Assembly (NCBI GenBank): GCA_001779535.1
Contig: MFKJ01000003.1
Location: 1-36,546, forward strand
DNA: 36,546 nt
Source of the DNA: Candidatus Jorgensenbacteria bacterium RIFCSPHIGHO2_02_FULL_45_20
GTDB lineage: Bacteria > Patescibacteriota > Minisyncoccia > UBA6257 > GWB1-50-10
Reading direction: 5' to 3'
Shown in pieces: positions 1-9,008 of the stretch. A model generated the notes under the pieces. The model ran no database searches, was not told where the DNA came from, and was given only the letters and a program-made list of their open reading frames with translations. Position numbers and translations under genes: made by a program. How positions within the stretch are numbered: the stretch's first letter is position 1; every line of letters begins with the position of its first letter.

Positions 1-101
1 AGAAACAAATTGTCGCCTGTTCAGTTCATGCTACAATGGTCGAAGGCAAACGTCGTAAAAATGCCCATGGAGTCCAGAATAGGGTTGCATTATACATACT
101 G

Positions 102-130
102 TTGACACCCTATCCTTACCGCCTTACTTT
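102..130 (+). promoter_or_regulatory. sigma70-type promoter
   Basis: TTGACA (102-107), 17-nt spacer, TACTTT (125-130), upstream of the ATG at 169. Confidence 0.6.
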
Positions 131-168
131 TAGAAATACGCGCGTGTTATCGCGCGCAGAATAACAAC

Positions 169-738
169 ATGGATAAGATAGTATTTGACGTGGAAACGAA
201 AAACACTTTCGCGGACATAGGCGGAGAAGCGAATATGCACAAGTTTGAAATATCCGTAGCGGCGGCATACTCTTATGACAAGGACGAGTACTATTGTTTT
301 GAAGAACGGGAACTTGACGAGTTGGGAGAAATGATGCGCAAAGCGGGGCTTATTATAGGTTTTTCAAGCAAGCGTTTCGACGTGCCTATTCTGAATAACT
401 ATTTCAAATTCAATCTTGGGGCGGTTCCCCACTACGATATCCTCGAACAAATTGAGAACAAATGGGGGCGGCGGATAAGTTTGGATTTGCTTAGCGAAGC
501 GAATCTCGGAATAAGGAAAACCGGCCACGGGCTTGAGGCCATAGAGTGGTATAAAAACGGGGAAATGGAAAAACTCAAGGAATACTGCAAGCAGGACGTT
601 AAGATAACGAAGCAGATTTTCGACCTTATAAAAGCCCAAAAATATCTGTGGATTCCGCAGAGAAATAATCCGGAAATGGCGAAAGTCGAACTGAAGTACG
701 AGGAAAAAGAACCTGACCCGCAGGGCGCTTTGCTATAA
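169..738 (+). CDS. RNase H-like / DEDD 3'-5' exonuclease domain protein (RNase_H_2/YprB-like)
   Basis: 189-aa ORF with VFDVET (ExoI), FDVPIL (ExoII) and YCKQDV (ExoIII) motifs. Confidence 0.8.
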   Translation: MDKIVFDVETKNTFADIGGEANMHKFEISVAAAYSYDKDEYYCFEERELDELGEMMRKAGLIIGFSSKRFDVPILNNYFKFNLGAVPHYDILEQIENKWGRRISLDLLSEANLGIRKTGHGLEAIEWYKNGEMEKLKEYCKQDVKITKQIFDLIKAQKYLWIPQRNNPEMAKVELKYEEKEPDPQGALL

Positions 739-750
739 TTTAATTAAGAT

Positions 751-849
751 ATGTTTTTGAACCCCAAGAAACACAAAGTGCTTATATTTGTCGTGGTGAT
801 GATTCTCGCGCTTGGAATGATAGTGATGTATATGCCGCTATTTTTTTAG
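751..849 (+). CDS. small single-pass membrane peptide (32 aa)
   Basis: Not in the ORF track. Reads MFLNPKKHKVLIFVVVMILALGMIVMYMPLFF*: basic N-terminus plus one hydrophobic helix, filling the gap between two co-oriented genes. Confidence 0.55.
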   Translation: MFLNPKKHKVLIFVVVMILALGMIVMYMPLFF

Positions 850-861
850 TGGATCGAATTT

Positions 862-2085
862 ATGCGCGACAGGGATGTGTATAAAATAATCTCGGAAGAA
901 TCAAAGCGGCAGGCAAACACGCTTAACCTTATTGCCTCCGAAAACTATGTTTCGAGCGACGTGCTTGAAGCGCTCGGAAGCGTTTTTACGAATAAATACG
1001 CCGAAGGGTACCCGCGCGCGAGGTATTACGCGGGCGGAAAAAATGTTGACGATATCGAAGAATTGGCAAAATCGCGGGCGATGAAGTTGTTCCGTCTTTC
1101 CAAAGCCAAATGGAGCGTTAATGTTCAGCCGTACTCCGGTTCCCCCGCCAACCTTGCCGTATTAAGCGCGCTTATTCCTATCGGTGAAAAGATAATGGGA
1201 ATGTCGCTTGATGCCGGTGGACATCTGACGCACGGCCACAAGGCGAGTATAACAGGGAAACTATGGGAACAGACGCGCTATGGAGTTGACAGGATAAGCG
1301 AAGAAATTGACTATGGCGAGCTTTTGAACAGGGCGCTCATCGAGAGACCGAAATGCATAATAGCCGGAGGAAGCGCGTACTCGCGCATAATTGATTTTTC
1401 AAGGATGCGCACCATCGCTGATGAAATTAACGCTCTGCTTTTCATTGATATGTCGCACTTCGCGGGGCTTGTCGCTGGCGGCTTTTATCCGTCCCCTTTC
1501 AAATATGCCGATGTCGTTATGACGACGACTCACAAGACGCTCCGCGGTCCGCGCGCCGGCGTAATATTTTCAAGAAAAGAATTTTCGGCGGCAATAGACA
1601 GGTCGGTGTTTCCCGGCATACAGGGCGGGCCGCATATAAACCAGATTGCCGCCATCGCCGTAGCGCTTAAAGAAGCCGCCGCGCCGTCATTCAAAAGCTA
1701 CGCCAAACATGTAGTCGAGAACGCTAAAATACTCGCGAATGAGTTGGACGCTTTGGGCTGGAAAATCATCTCCGGAGGAACGGATACCCACCTGTTTTTG
1801 GTTGATACTATGTCGCGCGGCATCTCCGGCAAAACAGCAAGCGATTTACTTGAGGGTGTCGGCGTAGTTGTTAATAAAAATATGATTCCGTTTGACGAGC
1901 GAAACCCGGGCGATCCTTCGGGAATCCGTATCGGCACGCCCGCCATTACAACTCGCGGTATGAAGGAAAAAGAAATGAAAATAATCGCTGGAATCATAGA
2001 TAAAACGCTTGTCAAAAAATCCCGCCGTCCGGAAATCGAATCGCAAGTAAAAGAACTTTGCGGCAAATTTACGATGAAAAATTGA
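862..2085 (+). CDS. glyA: serine hydroxymethyltransferase
   Basis: LIASEN, NKYAEGYP, GGHLTHG, TTTHKTLRGPRAG (PLP lysine), SGIRIGTPA motifs. Confidence 0.98.
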   Translation: MRDRDVYKIISEESKRQANTLNLIASENYVSSDVLEALGSVFTNKYAEGYPRARYYAGGKNVDDIEELAKSRAMKLFRLSKAKWSVNVQPYSGSPANLAVLSALIPIGEKIMGMSLDAGGHLTHGHKASITGKLWEQTRYGVDRISEEIDYGELLNRALIERPKCIIAGGSAYSRIIDFSRMRTIADEINALLFIDMSHFAGLVAGGFYPSPFKYADVVMTTTHKTLRGPRAGVIFSRKEFSAAIDRSVFPGIQGGPHINQIAAIAVALKEAAAPSFKSYAKHVVENAKILANELDALGWKIISGGTDTHLFLVDTMSRGISGKTASDLLEGVGVVVNKNMIPFDERNPGDPSGIRIGTPAITTRGMKEKEMKIIAGIIDKTLVKKSRRPEIESQVKELCGKFTMKN

Positions 2086-2111
2086 CAATTCGCGAGGTGC
2101 CGTAATACAAT
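2082..2111 (+). promoter_or_regulatory. sigma70-type promoter
   Basis: TTGACA (2082-2087), 18-nt spacer, TACAAT (2106-2111). Confidence 0.6.
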
Positions 2112-2123
2112 GAACTAAATTAT

Positions 2124-2231
2124 ATGGACTTCGCGAGTAACCTTTGGACGATTATTCTTTTACCGCTTGCGGCGCGCTTGCTTGTCGCCGCGGGCAACCG
2201 GTCGGAGGTTTTTTGCAGAGGTTCTCGATAA
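2124..2231 (+). CDS. putative leader peptide (35 aa)
   Basis: MDFASNLWTIILLPLAARLLVAAGNRSEVFCRGSR*, just downstream of the promoter and upstream of a terminator-like hairpin. Confidence 0.45.
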   Translation: MDFASNLWTIILLPLAARLLVAAGNRSEVFCRGSR

Positions 2232-2252
2232 AACAAAAGAGGAAGTTTGCAA

Positions 2253-2287
2253 AAAGCCCCCGACAAAAATCGAGGGTTTTGTTATTT
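2253..2287 (+). terminator. leader terminator-like hairpin (candidate attenuator)
   Basis: aaagcccccga-caaaaa-tcgagggtttt followed by gttattt. Confidence 0.55.
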
Positions 2288-2321
2288 AATAACCGAATTA
2301 ATGTTTTTATAGGAGTTGGTT

Positions 2322-2765
2322 ATGTCTGAAATCATACTTTTTACGTTGTCAGATTGTACGAAAAGCATGGAAATTTTCACCGAAATAAATAACAAAGATG
2401 TTATTGGACAGATTTATCTGTCCTCGTTAGAAATTTCCGCGGATTTAATTAAACCGATGTCGGCATGCAAAATTGCCCTTTTTGACAAGCCATTCCCACA
2501 AATAAGAAAGAGAGGAGGAAAAGAATTTAGATATCTTCAACCAAACGCACAAATAGCCCCTATTTGGGCGAAAAGTGCGGATTGGGTAGTTCAAATCTCT
2601 CCTAACATGAAGAACATACGCAGATGTGCATTGCACATCTGTAGTAGTTTTTTACATCATCGAGAAGAGAGAGAAAGAAACGGGTGGTTCCCGTGGGGGG
2701 AAAAGCCCAAAAAAATAGATAAAGACAAACAGGAAGCGCTTGGTAAAACTACAAGCGCTTGGTAA
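2322..2765 (+). CDS. hypothetical protein
   Basis: ORF track 2316..2765; AGGAG at 2311-2315 favours the ATG at 2322; no recognisable motif. Confidence 0.6.
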   Translation: MSEIILFTLSDCTKSMEIFTEINNKDVIGQIYLSSLEISADLIKPMSACKIALFDKPFPQIRKRGGKEFRYLQPNAQIAPIWAKSADWVVQISPNMKNIRRCALHICSSFLHHREERERNGWFPWGEKPKKIDKDKQEALGKTTSAW

Positions 2766-2772
2766 AATCATC

Positions 2773-2808
2773 GTCCCCCGACCCATAAAGTCGGGGGACA
2801 ATCTTTTA
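2773..2808 (+). terminator. intrinsic terminator
   Basis: perfect 10-bp stem gtcccccgac (2773-2782) / gtcgggggac (2790-2799), then a T-rich tract. Confidence 0.7.
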
Positions 2809-2849
2809 TATCTGCCCGCTATTGTTAATCAAGCGCCTGCGCTGTTAAG

Positions 2850-3677
2850 ATGGTTTTAATGATTATAGATGGTAAGAAAATAGCCACAGAGATAATCGAT
2901 AAGCTGAAACAGCTTGAAAAACCGAAGAAATTCCTCGCGGCGTTTTTAATTGGTGAAAATTCGGCCTCCGAAAGTTTTATAAAACAAAAAGAAAAAACCG
3001 CGGCGGCTCTCGGCGTTGATTTCAGGACTTACAAATTTTTAAACGATATATCGCAGGATAAGCTTCGAAAAGAAGCGTTGAAAATAGTATTAGGCGGAAA
3101 ATGCGGCGGTGCCATTGTCCAGCTTCCACTCCCCGCCCACATCAATTCGCAGTATGTTCTGAACGCTATTCCGCGCGAGAAAGACGTTGACGTTCTCGGC
3201 GAACGCGCGCTCGGAGCATTTTACGCCGGACGGAATCCGGCGCTTCCTCCGGCTGTCGGCGCGTTTGAAGAAATATCGCGAGCGGCAAACTATCCGCTTA
3301 ATACTTCGCGGGTTGCTGTTGTCGGTCTCGGTAATTTAGTCGGCAAGCCGATAGCGGTTTGGTGCGCGGGCAAAGTACGGGAACTTTATCTTTTGGATAA
3401 GGGAAGCGACTTCGCGGTTTTGAAGCAGACGGATATAGCGGTGTGCGGCGCTGGAGTCCCCGGACTTATCAAACCGGAAATGTTAAAAGAAACCGCGCTT
3501 GTGGTTGACTTCGGTTACGGCTTAAAGAATGGTAAATTCTCCGGCGATTTCGACTCCGAAAGTTTAAAAATTAAAAATTACAAATTAAAAATTAACTTCA
3601 CTCCCACTCCCGGCGGTACCGGCCCCATTCTTGTCGCGAAACTATTTGAAAATTTTTTCACGCTCGCAAAAGAATGA
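2850..3677 (+). CDS. folD: bifunctional methylenetetrahydrofolate dehydrogenase/cyclohydrolase
   Basis: IIDGKKIA, IVQLPLP, KDVD, TPTPGGTGP motifs; start may be the Met at 2859. Confidence 0.93.
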   Translation: MVLMIIDGKKIATEIIDKLKQLEKPKKFLAAFLIGENSASESFIKQKEKTAAALGVDFRTYKFLNDISQDKLRKEALKIVLGGKCGGAIVQLPLPAHINSQYVLNAIPREKDVDVLGERALGAFYAGRNPALPPAVGAFEEISRAANYPLNTSRVAVVGLGNLVGKPIAVWCAGKVRELYLLDKGSDFAVLKQTDIAVCGAGVPGLIKPEMLKETALVVDFGYGLKNGKFSGDFDSESLKIKNYKLKINFTPTPGGTGPILVAKLFENFFTLAKE

Positions 3678-3736
3678 ATAACCGCGCCGCAAGCGGCGGG
3701 ACATCAGAGCGGGGACTTAATAAAAAATCAGATATT

Positions 3737-4777
3737 TTATTCTACCTCGGCCGGCGTTACTCCTTTCTTCTCCGCCGTTTCTTTTATTTTCTTTTTTATC
3801 GCTTCAAGCGTTTTTTTGTCCTCTTTGAGCTTCAACCGCGCGTTATCGAATCCAACTCCGAGTTTTTCTCCTTCAAACGACAAACTCGCGCCGGCTTTCG
3901 CGATAACGCCGTATTTAATTCCGGTATTCAAAACATCCGACTCATACGAAACACCCTCACCGTACATAATATCGAATTCAGCAATCCTGAACGGCGGAGC
4001 AACTTTGTTTTTTACGACTTTCGCTTTCGTCCTGTTCCCTATCACCTCCTCGCCTTTTTTCACCTGCGCGATGCGGCGCACGTCTATGCGCACCGAACAG
4101 TAAAACTTCAGAGCCATCCCGCCCGGAGTCGTTTCCGGATTGCCGAACATTATCCCTATTTTCATCCGTAGCTGGTTTATGAAAATTATAATCGTGCTGG
4201 TTTTGGCCGCTATCGCCGTAAGTTTTCGGAGCGCCTGCGACAAAAGCCGCGCCTGAAGTCCGATATGCTGCGCGCCCATTTCTCCCTCGATTTCCGCCCT
4301 TGGCGTAAGCGCCGCCACAGAATCCACGACAACAATGTTTATTATTCCGGAGCGTACCACGCTTTCAAGAATGTTCAGCGCCTCTTCGCCGTTGTCGGGC
4401 TGGGAAATGATAAGGTCTTTTACCTTCACGCCTATTCTCGCCGCGTATTCGGGGTCGAGCGCGTGTTCAGCGTCTATGAACGCCGCTTTCCCGCCGCGCT
4501 TCTGAACTTCGGCTATCGCGTGGAGAGCGAGAGTCGTTTTCCCCGAACTCTCTGGCCCGAAGATTTCTATAATTCGTCCTTTCGGCAATCCGCCGCCCAA
4601 AGCCATATCGAGCGAAAACGAGCCGGACGGAACAACTTCTACTTTCGTATGAAGATGATTGCCGAGAGTCATCACGGCTCCCTCGCCAAATCTGGAGCGA
4701 AGCGACTCCATGAGCGACTCTATACTGTCTCCTATCGGTTTACCGTCCGTTTCTTTTACATTTTTCTTTGTATTCAT
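3737..4777 (-). CDS. recA: recombinase A
   Basis: GPESSGKTT Walker [33 protein letters not shown]. Confidence 0.99.
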   Translation of the reverse strand: MNTKKNVKETDGKPIGDSIESLMESLRSRFGEGAVMTLGNHLHTKVEVVPSGSFSLDMALGGGLPKGRIIEIFGPESSGKTTLALHAIAEVQKRGGKAAFIDAEHALDPEYAARIGVKVKDLIISQPDNGEEALNILESVVRSGIINIVVVDSVAALTPRAEIEGEMGAQHIGLQARLLSQALRKLTAIAAKTSTIIIFINQLRMKIGIMFGNPETTPGGMALKFYCSVRIDVRRIAQVKKGEEVIGNRTKAKVVKNKVAPPFRIAEFDIMYGEGVSYESDVLNTGIKYGVIAKAGASLSFEGEKLGVGFDNARLKLKEDKKTLEAIKKKIKETAEKKGVTPAEVE

Positions 4778-4786
4778 TTTTAGATA

Positions 4787-5491
4787 TTATAATCCGCCGC
4801 CGGATAACTCGCCACTCGTTTCGAATTCCGGAACGATTGCGGGGGCGCTGGTTGCGACTTCAAAGAAAATTCTTTTTTCGATTGTGTATTCCTTGCCGAG
4901 AAATTTTTTCACGTTGAATTTAAGCGTATTAAATCCGGGCGAAAGTTTTATTTCTTTCTCAAAACTCCCGTCGCTCGAAAGATAAATCTGTTCGCCGTTC
5001 AGAATCAAGTCGTTTGTGGGAGGCGTCTTTCCTTTCAGCGTGAAGTTTTCCTCTTTGACTACCATATTGTCTTCCACTCCCGAAAGCGACAGTTCCGGCG
5101 TTCCGAAATACGAATAAAGCCGTACAAAAACATACACCGCCACAATAATTCCCAAAACGGAGAACGCGACAATCTTTTTGTTTAACCGGCGCCTTAGGAA
5201 CATGTTGCCCGGAAGCGTATTACTCGTTCCGGTTTTGCGCACAAAATCAGCATCTTTGAAGTGTTTAATCCAGACCTGTTCACCATCCAATCCAAGCGCC
5301 TTTGATATTTTTATGATGTATCCGTGAAGATATGGGGATGGGGGCAATTCCTCCACGCGCTTTTCGATGAGAAGCGACAAAAAACGGTCGGAAATGCCGG
5401 TTGTTTGCGATAGATAATCAAGCGACACGCCCTTGGCGCGCATCGCTTCAAGTATAATATCGGAGAAACTGTTCTTAAACTCATCTGTCAT
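4787..5491 (-). CDS. RodZ-like membrane protein: N-terminal HTH, one TM helix, C-terminal Ig-like domain
   Basis: HTH_25-like segment (LSQTTGISDRFLSLL...ELPPSPYLHGYIIKISKALGLD), TM helix and beta-rich tail; lies between ftsK and recA; start moved to MTDEF. Confidence 0.75.
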   Translation of the reverse strand: MTDEFKNSFSDIILEAMRAKGVSLDYLSQTTGISDRFLSLLIEKRVEELPPSPYLHGYIIKISKALGLDGEQVWIKHFKDADFVRKTGTSNTLPGNMFLRRRLNKKIVAFSVLGIIVAVYVFVRLYSYFGTPELSLSGVEDNMVVKEENFTLKGKTPPTNDLILNGEQIYLSSDGSFEKEIKLSPGFNTLKFNVKKFLGKEYTIEKRIFFEVATSAPAIVPEFETSGELSGGGL

Positions 5492-5625
5492 AATGACTAT
5501 TTTATCGCGTGAGGGTTTTTGGCACAAGCGCGCGTTTCTTATGTAACGCGAATCTCCCACCATTATAGGCGTGGGCTTCATACCGTGGGGAGACCACATT
5601 CTTATCCGCCGTCTATGACAATTTA

Positions 5626-7743
5626 TTATAACAAAACATCTCTCGGTTTCGCGCCTTCGCCGGGGCCAACTACTCCGCGCTCTTCCATCATATCAAGGAG
5701 TCGCGCGGCGCGGGCATAGCCAACTTTAAGACGGCGCTGGAGTAAAGACGCGGACGCTTTGCCGGCGCTTCTTATGACTTCAACCGCCTCCTCATAGAGT
5801 TCGTCGTCGTCCGCTTTTTCCTCAAATGCTTCAAAATTCGGAGCGTCAAGCGAAGGACGGTCATTTGCTTCCTCAAGCGACGAGCCGTTTATGAAGTCCT
5901 GCGAAAGAGACGGATTATTTTTCTTTATAAATTCAACAACTTTTTTTATCTCATCTTCCGAGATGTACGCTCCCTGAACGCGTTTCGGTTTTGACAATTC
6001 GGACGAAACGAAAAGCAAGTCCCCTCTTCCGAGAAGTTTTTCAGCTCCGGCGGAATCAAGAATCGTGCGCGAATCAACCTGGCTTGCGACTTGAAGAGCG
6101 ATTCGAGTCGTAATATTCGCCTTGATAAGACCTGTTATAACTTCAACCGATGGCCTCTGCGTTGATACGATCAAATGAATGCCAGTCGCGCGCGCCATCT
6201 GGGCGAGGCGGATTATCGCGCCCTCAACTTCCCTCCCGTATGAAGACATAAGATCGGCGAGTTCATCTATCACTATTAATATGTAAGGCAAGTCGCTGTG
6301 GTTTTTGTGATAACTTTTTATATCGCGAGAACCCGATTCAAGAAGAAGCTGATACCTGCGGTCCATTTCCTGTATCGCCCACCTAAGAGAACCAAGCGCT
6401 TTTTTGTTTTCCGTTATAACAGGCGCGAGAAGATGAGGAATGCCGCCGTATACGGACAGTTCGACTCTCTTCGGGTCAACCAATATGAGTCGCAGCGTGT
6501 CCGGTGAATTTTTGAAAAGAATGGACAGTAAAATCGCGTGTAGCATTATTGATTTTCCGCTTCCTGTGGCGCCGGCAACTAAAAGGTGCGGCATTTTGCT
6601 TATATCCTGGAATATCGGTTCGCCGCTTACATTTCTACCGAGACCGAACGTGAGTAAGCTGGATTTTTGAAATTCAGGATAAAGCAATATGCTTCCGAGA
6701 CGCACTATCGCCGCCGCCTTATTGGGAACTTCTATGCCAACGAGCGATTTTCCGGGAATAGGCGCCTCGATTCTTATAGGGTGCGCCGCGAGCGAAAGCG
6801 CGAGGTCTTGATTCAACGCTATGATTTTTGACAAACGAACCCCCTCCGCCGGTTTCAATGTGTAGCGCGTTACGGTAGGTCCGACGTTTATTTCTCCCAT
6901 TTCAACCGATATACCGAAACTTTCAAGCGTGCGCTTTATCATATTCGCGTTCGCGCGCAGGTCGCCTATCGTCGGTTTTTCTATCGTTGAAGAAAGAATG
7001 GAAAGAGGCGGGGCGATGTAATTTTTTATCCGCTTCTGTTTTAATTCCGTTAATTTTTCCGAATCGGTAACAAATTCCGGAATTTCATCACGCGCGCCGG
7101 AAGAACTCTCCCCTCTTTTTTTGTCTCTGGATAATTTCTCCTTGGTATTTTTCTGCGCGTATTCCGGCGTATTTTGCTCCGCGATTTTTTCCTCATCCGC
7201 GTAATTTTCGTAGGCGTCTTTTTTACGGAAAAGCGGAAAGTTTATATTAAGATTCAGCGGACGGTTGAGCGCAACCAAAGACGATATCACGAAAACAATA
7301 AATGTTATAAGAATGGACGCTGGAGTTCCGAACGGCTGTTTTAATTTTCCTGTAAAGCTACCCAACAGTCCCCCATGTCCGTTCGCGATAATGTCTATAA
7401 ACCCGAGCCCGGATATGAAAATAAGAATACTCGCTCCGGCGGTTATCCATATATCGCGCTTGAAGTCGCGTTCTTCGTCCGACAACAATGAAAACGCGAG
7501 TATGAAAAAAATCATGGGGAATAAGAAATACCCCCATCCGAAAAATTTAGTTAACGCATTGTATACCGAATTACCGAACGGCCCCGCCTGTCTAACTCCC
7601 GCGAGCAGGAATAATATTGCTATTCCCAAAAAAAGAACAACCCAAATAGTTTTCAAAATGTCCGGATGAAGAGAATCGGAAATTTTTGCGCTTTGTTTTT
7701 TCACGGCTGGAGTTTCTTTCTTATTTTTTGATTTTTTTGCCAT
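5626..7743 (-). CDS. ftsK: DNA translocase FtsK/SpoIIIE
   Basis: N-terminal TM helices, PHLLVAGATGSGKS, IVIDELADLM, TQRPSV, gamma domain SLLQRRLKVGYARAARL. Confidence 0.98.
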   Translation of the reverse strand: MAKKSKNKKETPAVKKQSAKISDSLHPDILKTIWVVLFLGIAILFLLAGVRQAGPFGNSVYNALTKFFGWGYFLFPMIFFILAFSLLSDEERDFKRDIWITAGASILIFISGLGFIDIIANGHGGLLGSFTGKLKQPFGTPASILITFIVFVISSLVALNRPLNLNINFPLFRKKDAYENYADEEKIAEQNTPEYAQKNTKEKLSRDKKRGESSSGARDEIPEFVTDSEKLTELKQKRIKNYIAPPLSILSSTIEKPTIGDLRANANMIKRTLESFGISVEMGEINVGPTVTRYTLKPAEGVRLSKIIALNQDLALSLAAHPIRIEAPIPGKSLVGIEVPNKAAAIVRLGSILLYPEFQKSSLLTFGLGRNVSGEPIFQDISKMPHLLVAGATGSGKSIMLHAILLSILFKNSPDTLRLILVDPKRVELSVYGGIPHLLAPVITENKKALGSLRWAIQEMDRRYQLLLESGSRDIKSYHKNHSDLPYILIVIDELADLMSSYGREVEGAIIRLAQMARATGIHLIVSTQRPSVEVITGLIKANITTRIALQVASQVDSRTILDSAGAEKLLGRGDLLFVSSELSKPKRVQGAYISEDEIKKVVEFIKKNNPSLSQDFINGSSLEEANDRPSLDAPNFEAFEEKADDDELYEEAVEVIRSAGKASASLLQRRLKVGYARAARLLDMMEERGVVGPGEGAKPRDVLL

Positions 7744-7987
7744 ATGGTTTTGTGTGTGCTTTTAATTAAATGCTAAATTTTGGCAAAATTCAATTTTAAC
7801 CGGACCGGAAATTGTCGCTTAAAATGATATAGATATTTAGGGGGATTTTTCCGCCATAATGTGGAAACGATAAAGACATTCCCCCACCATTGCGGAAAAT
7901 ATTGAAACATCGGCGGCAAGCGGCAGAACTGTACTGGCGGAAACCGTATAAATTCGTTTCTGAACTTATTTTTAGTGATACGATAAG

Positions 7988-8008
7988 TTATCCACATATT
8001 GTGGATAA
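7988..8008. promoter_or_regulatory. pair of inverted perfect DnaA boxes
   Basis: TTATCCACA (7988-7996) and TGTGGATAA (8000-8008). Confidence 0.75.
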
Positions 8009-8146
8009 GTTGGAAGCACTAAGTTGTTGTTTTAAATTTGGTCATAAAAATTGAAAAAACAGGAAAAACTGAAAAACCTGCTTAAATAAAACTCGGAAGC
8101 TGGTAATGCGATGAAACCTACACTTTTGAAAAATGATACACAAAAA

Positions 8147-8162
8147 TGTTTCACGTGAAACA
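8147..8162. promoter_or_regulatory. parS: parS site (ParB/Spo0J binding)
   Basis: perfect palindrome TGTTTCACGTGAAACA. Confidence 0.92.
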
Positions 8163-8223
8163 TTTTTTACAACAAGCTGGTAATGCGATGAAACCTACAT
8201 TTCTTGAAAAACGCACTTGAAAA

Positions 8224-8239
8224 TGTTTCACGTGAAACA
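8224..8239. promoter_or_regulatory. parS: parS site (ParB/Spo0J binding)
   Basis: perfect palindrome TGTTTCACGTGAAACA. Confidence 0.92.
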
Positions 8240-8352
8240 TTTTGAAACAAAAATCGGGGGTCAGAAAATGGTTTTTGAAAGTGTCTTAAATTAGGCAGTA
8301 ATCCACAGGGTCGAACCAAGACCAAGCGGATGATGGGGTGTATAGTTGAGAT

Positions 8353-8745
8353 ATGGTTGAAAAAGACAGCGACGCAAACCGGAAACAATCGCTTGGGAAG
8401 GATGGGGAGGACTATGCCTGTGACATTCTTGAAAGAAAGGGCTATAAAATTATCGAGCGCAACTTCCGGCTCCAGGTAGGAGAGATAGATATAATAGCGA
8501 AAGAACTAAATGGCACGGTCGTTTTTGTGGAAGTTAAAACCGTTGGAAAATTCAGTTTTGGAGGGTTAAAACCGGAGGATAATATGTCGGTGGCAAAAAT
8601 GAAAAAATTCAGGCGAATCGCGTCGCTTTATGCGAACGCACGGAAAGAAATGATAAATGAGAACAGGGGATACAGATTAGATCTTATTGCCTTATCAAAA
8701 GTTGGAAACGATTTTATAGCGAGGCATTATGAAAATGTGGGGTAG
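8353..8745 (+). CDS. yraN: YraN family (UPF0102) PD-(D/E)xK nuclease-like protein
   Basis: LGKDGEDYA, GYKIIERNF, GEIDII, VFVEVKT, RLDLI motifs. Confidence 0.9.
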   Translation: MVEKDSDANRKQSLGKDGEDYACDILERKGYKIIERNFRLQVGEIDIIAKELNGTVVFVEVKTVGKFSFGGLKPEDNMSVAKMKKFRRIASLYANARKEMINENRGYRLDLIALSKVGNDFIARHYENVG

Positions 8746-8797
8746 CTGGAGGTACACGAAAATATAATACATAATATATTATTCTATGTGTCAATGG

Positions 8798-8826
8798 TGG
8801 ACTATTTGCAGATATTGTGGTATAAT
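8798..8826 (+). promoter_or_regulatory. sigma70 promoter with extended -10 for nusA
   Basis: TGGACT, 17-nt spacer, TATAAT (8821-8826) preceded by TGn. Confidence 0.55.
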
Positions 8827-9008
8827 TATAGATAGAGGCGCATGATAACCGAATAACGAATGGTTGCAACATTATAACATTCGTGTAATATAAGATAACC
8901 GTTCCGTTAATTAGCGAGAACGGATGTTTTTTATCCGAATACCGTAATTCGCTTATTTGGCGGTATAGAGTAAGGAGTGATAATATAAACTAATATAAAA
9001 AATAAAAC

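Larger units (their letters stand above)
8097..8243. repeat. tandem direct repeat with 77-bp period, each copy ending in parS
   Basis: aagctggtaatgcgatgaaacctaca at 8097 and 8174; both units end in aaaatgtttcacgtgaaacatttt. Confidence 0.9.

Noticed and set aside
1-100. Possible structured RNA or leader on the minus strand (ggca...tgcc hairpin, TATAAT at 89-94)
   Set aside because: Truncated by the window edge and matches no RNA family I can recognise.
739-861. ZTP or THF riboswitch upstream of glyA
   Set aside because: No conserved riboswitch motifs are seen, and the gap is filled by a small ORF.
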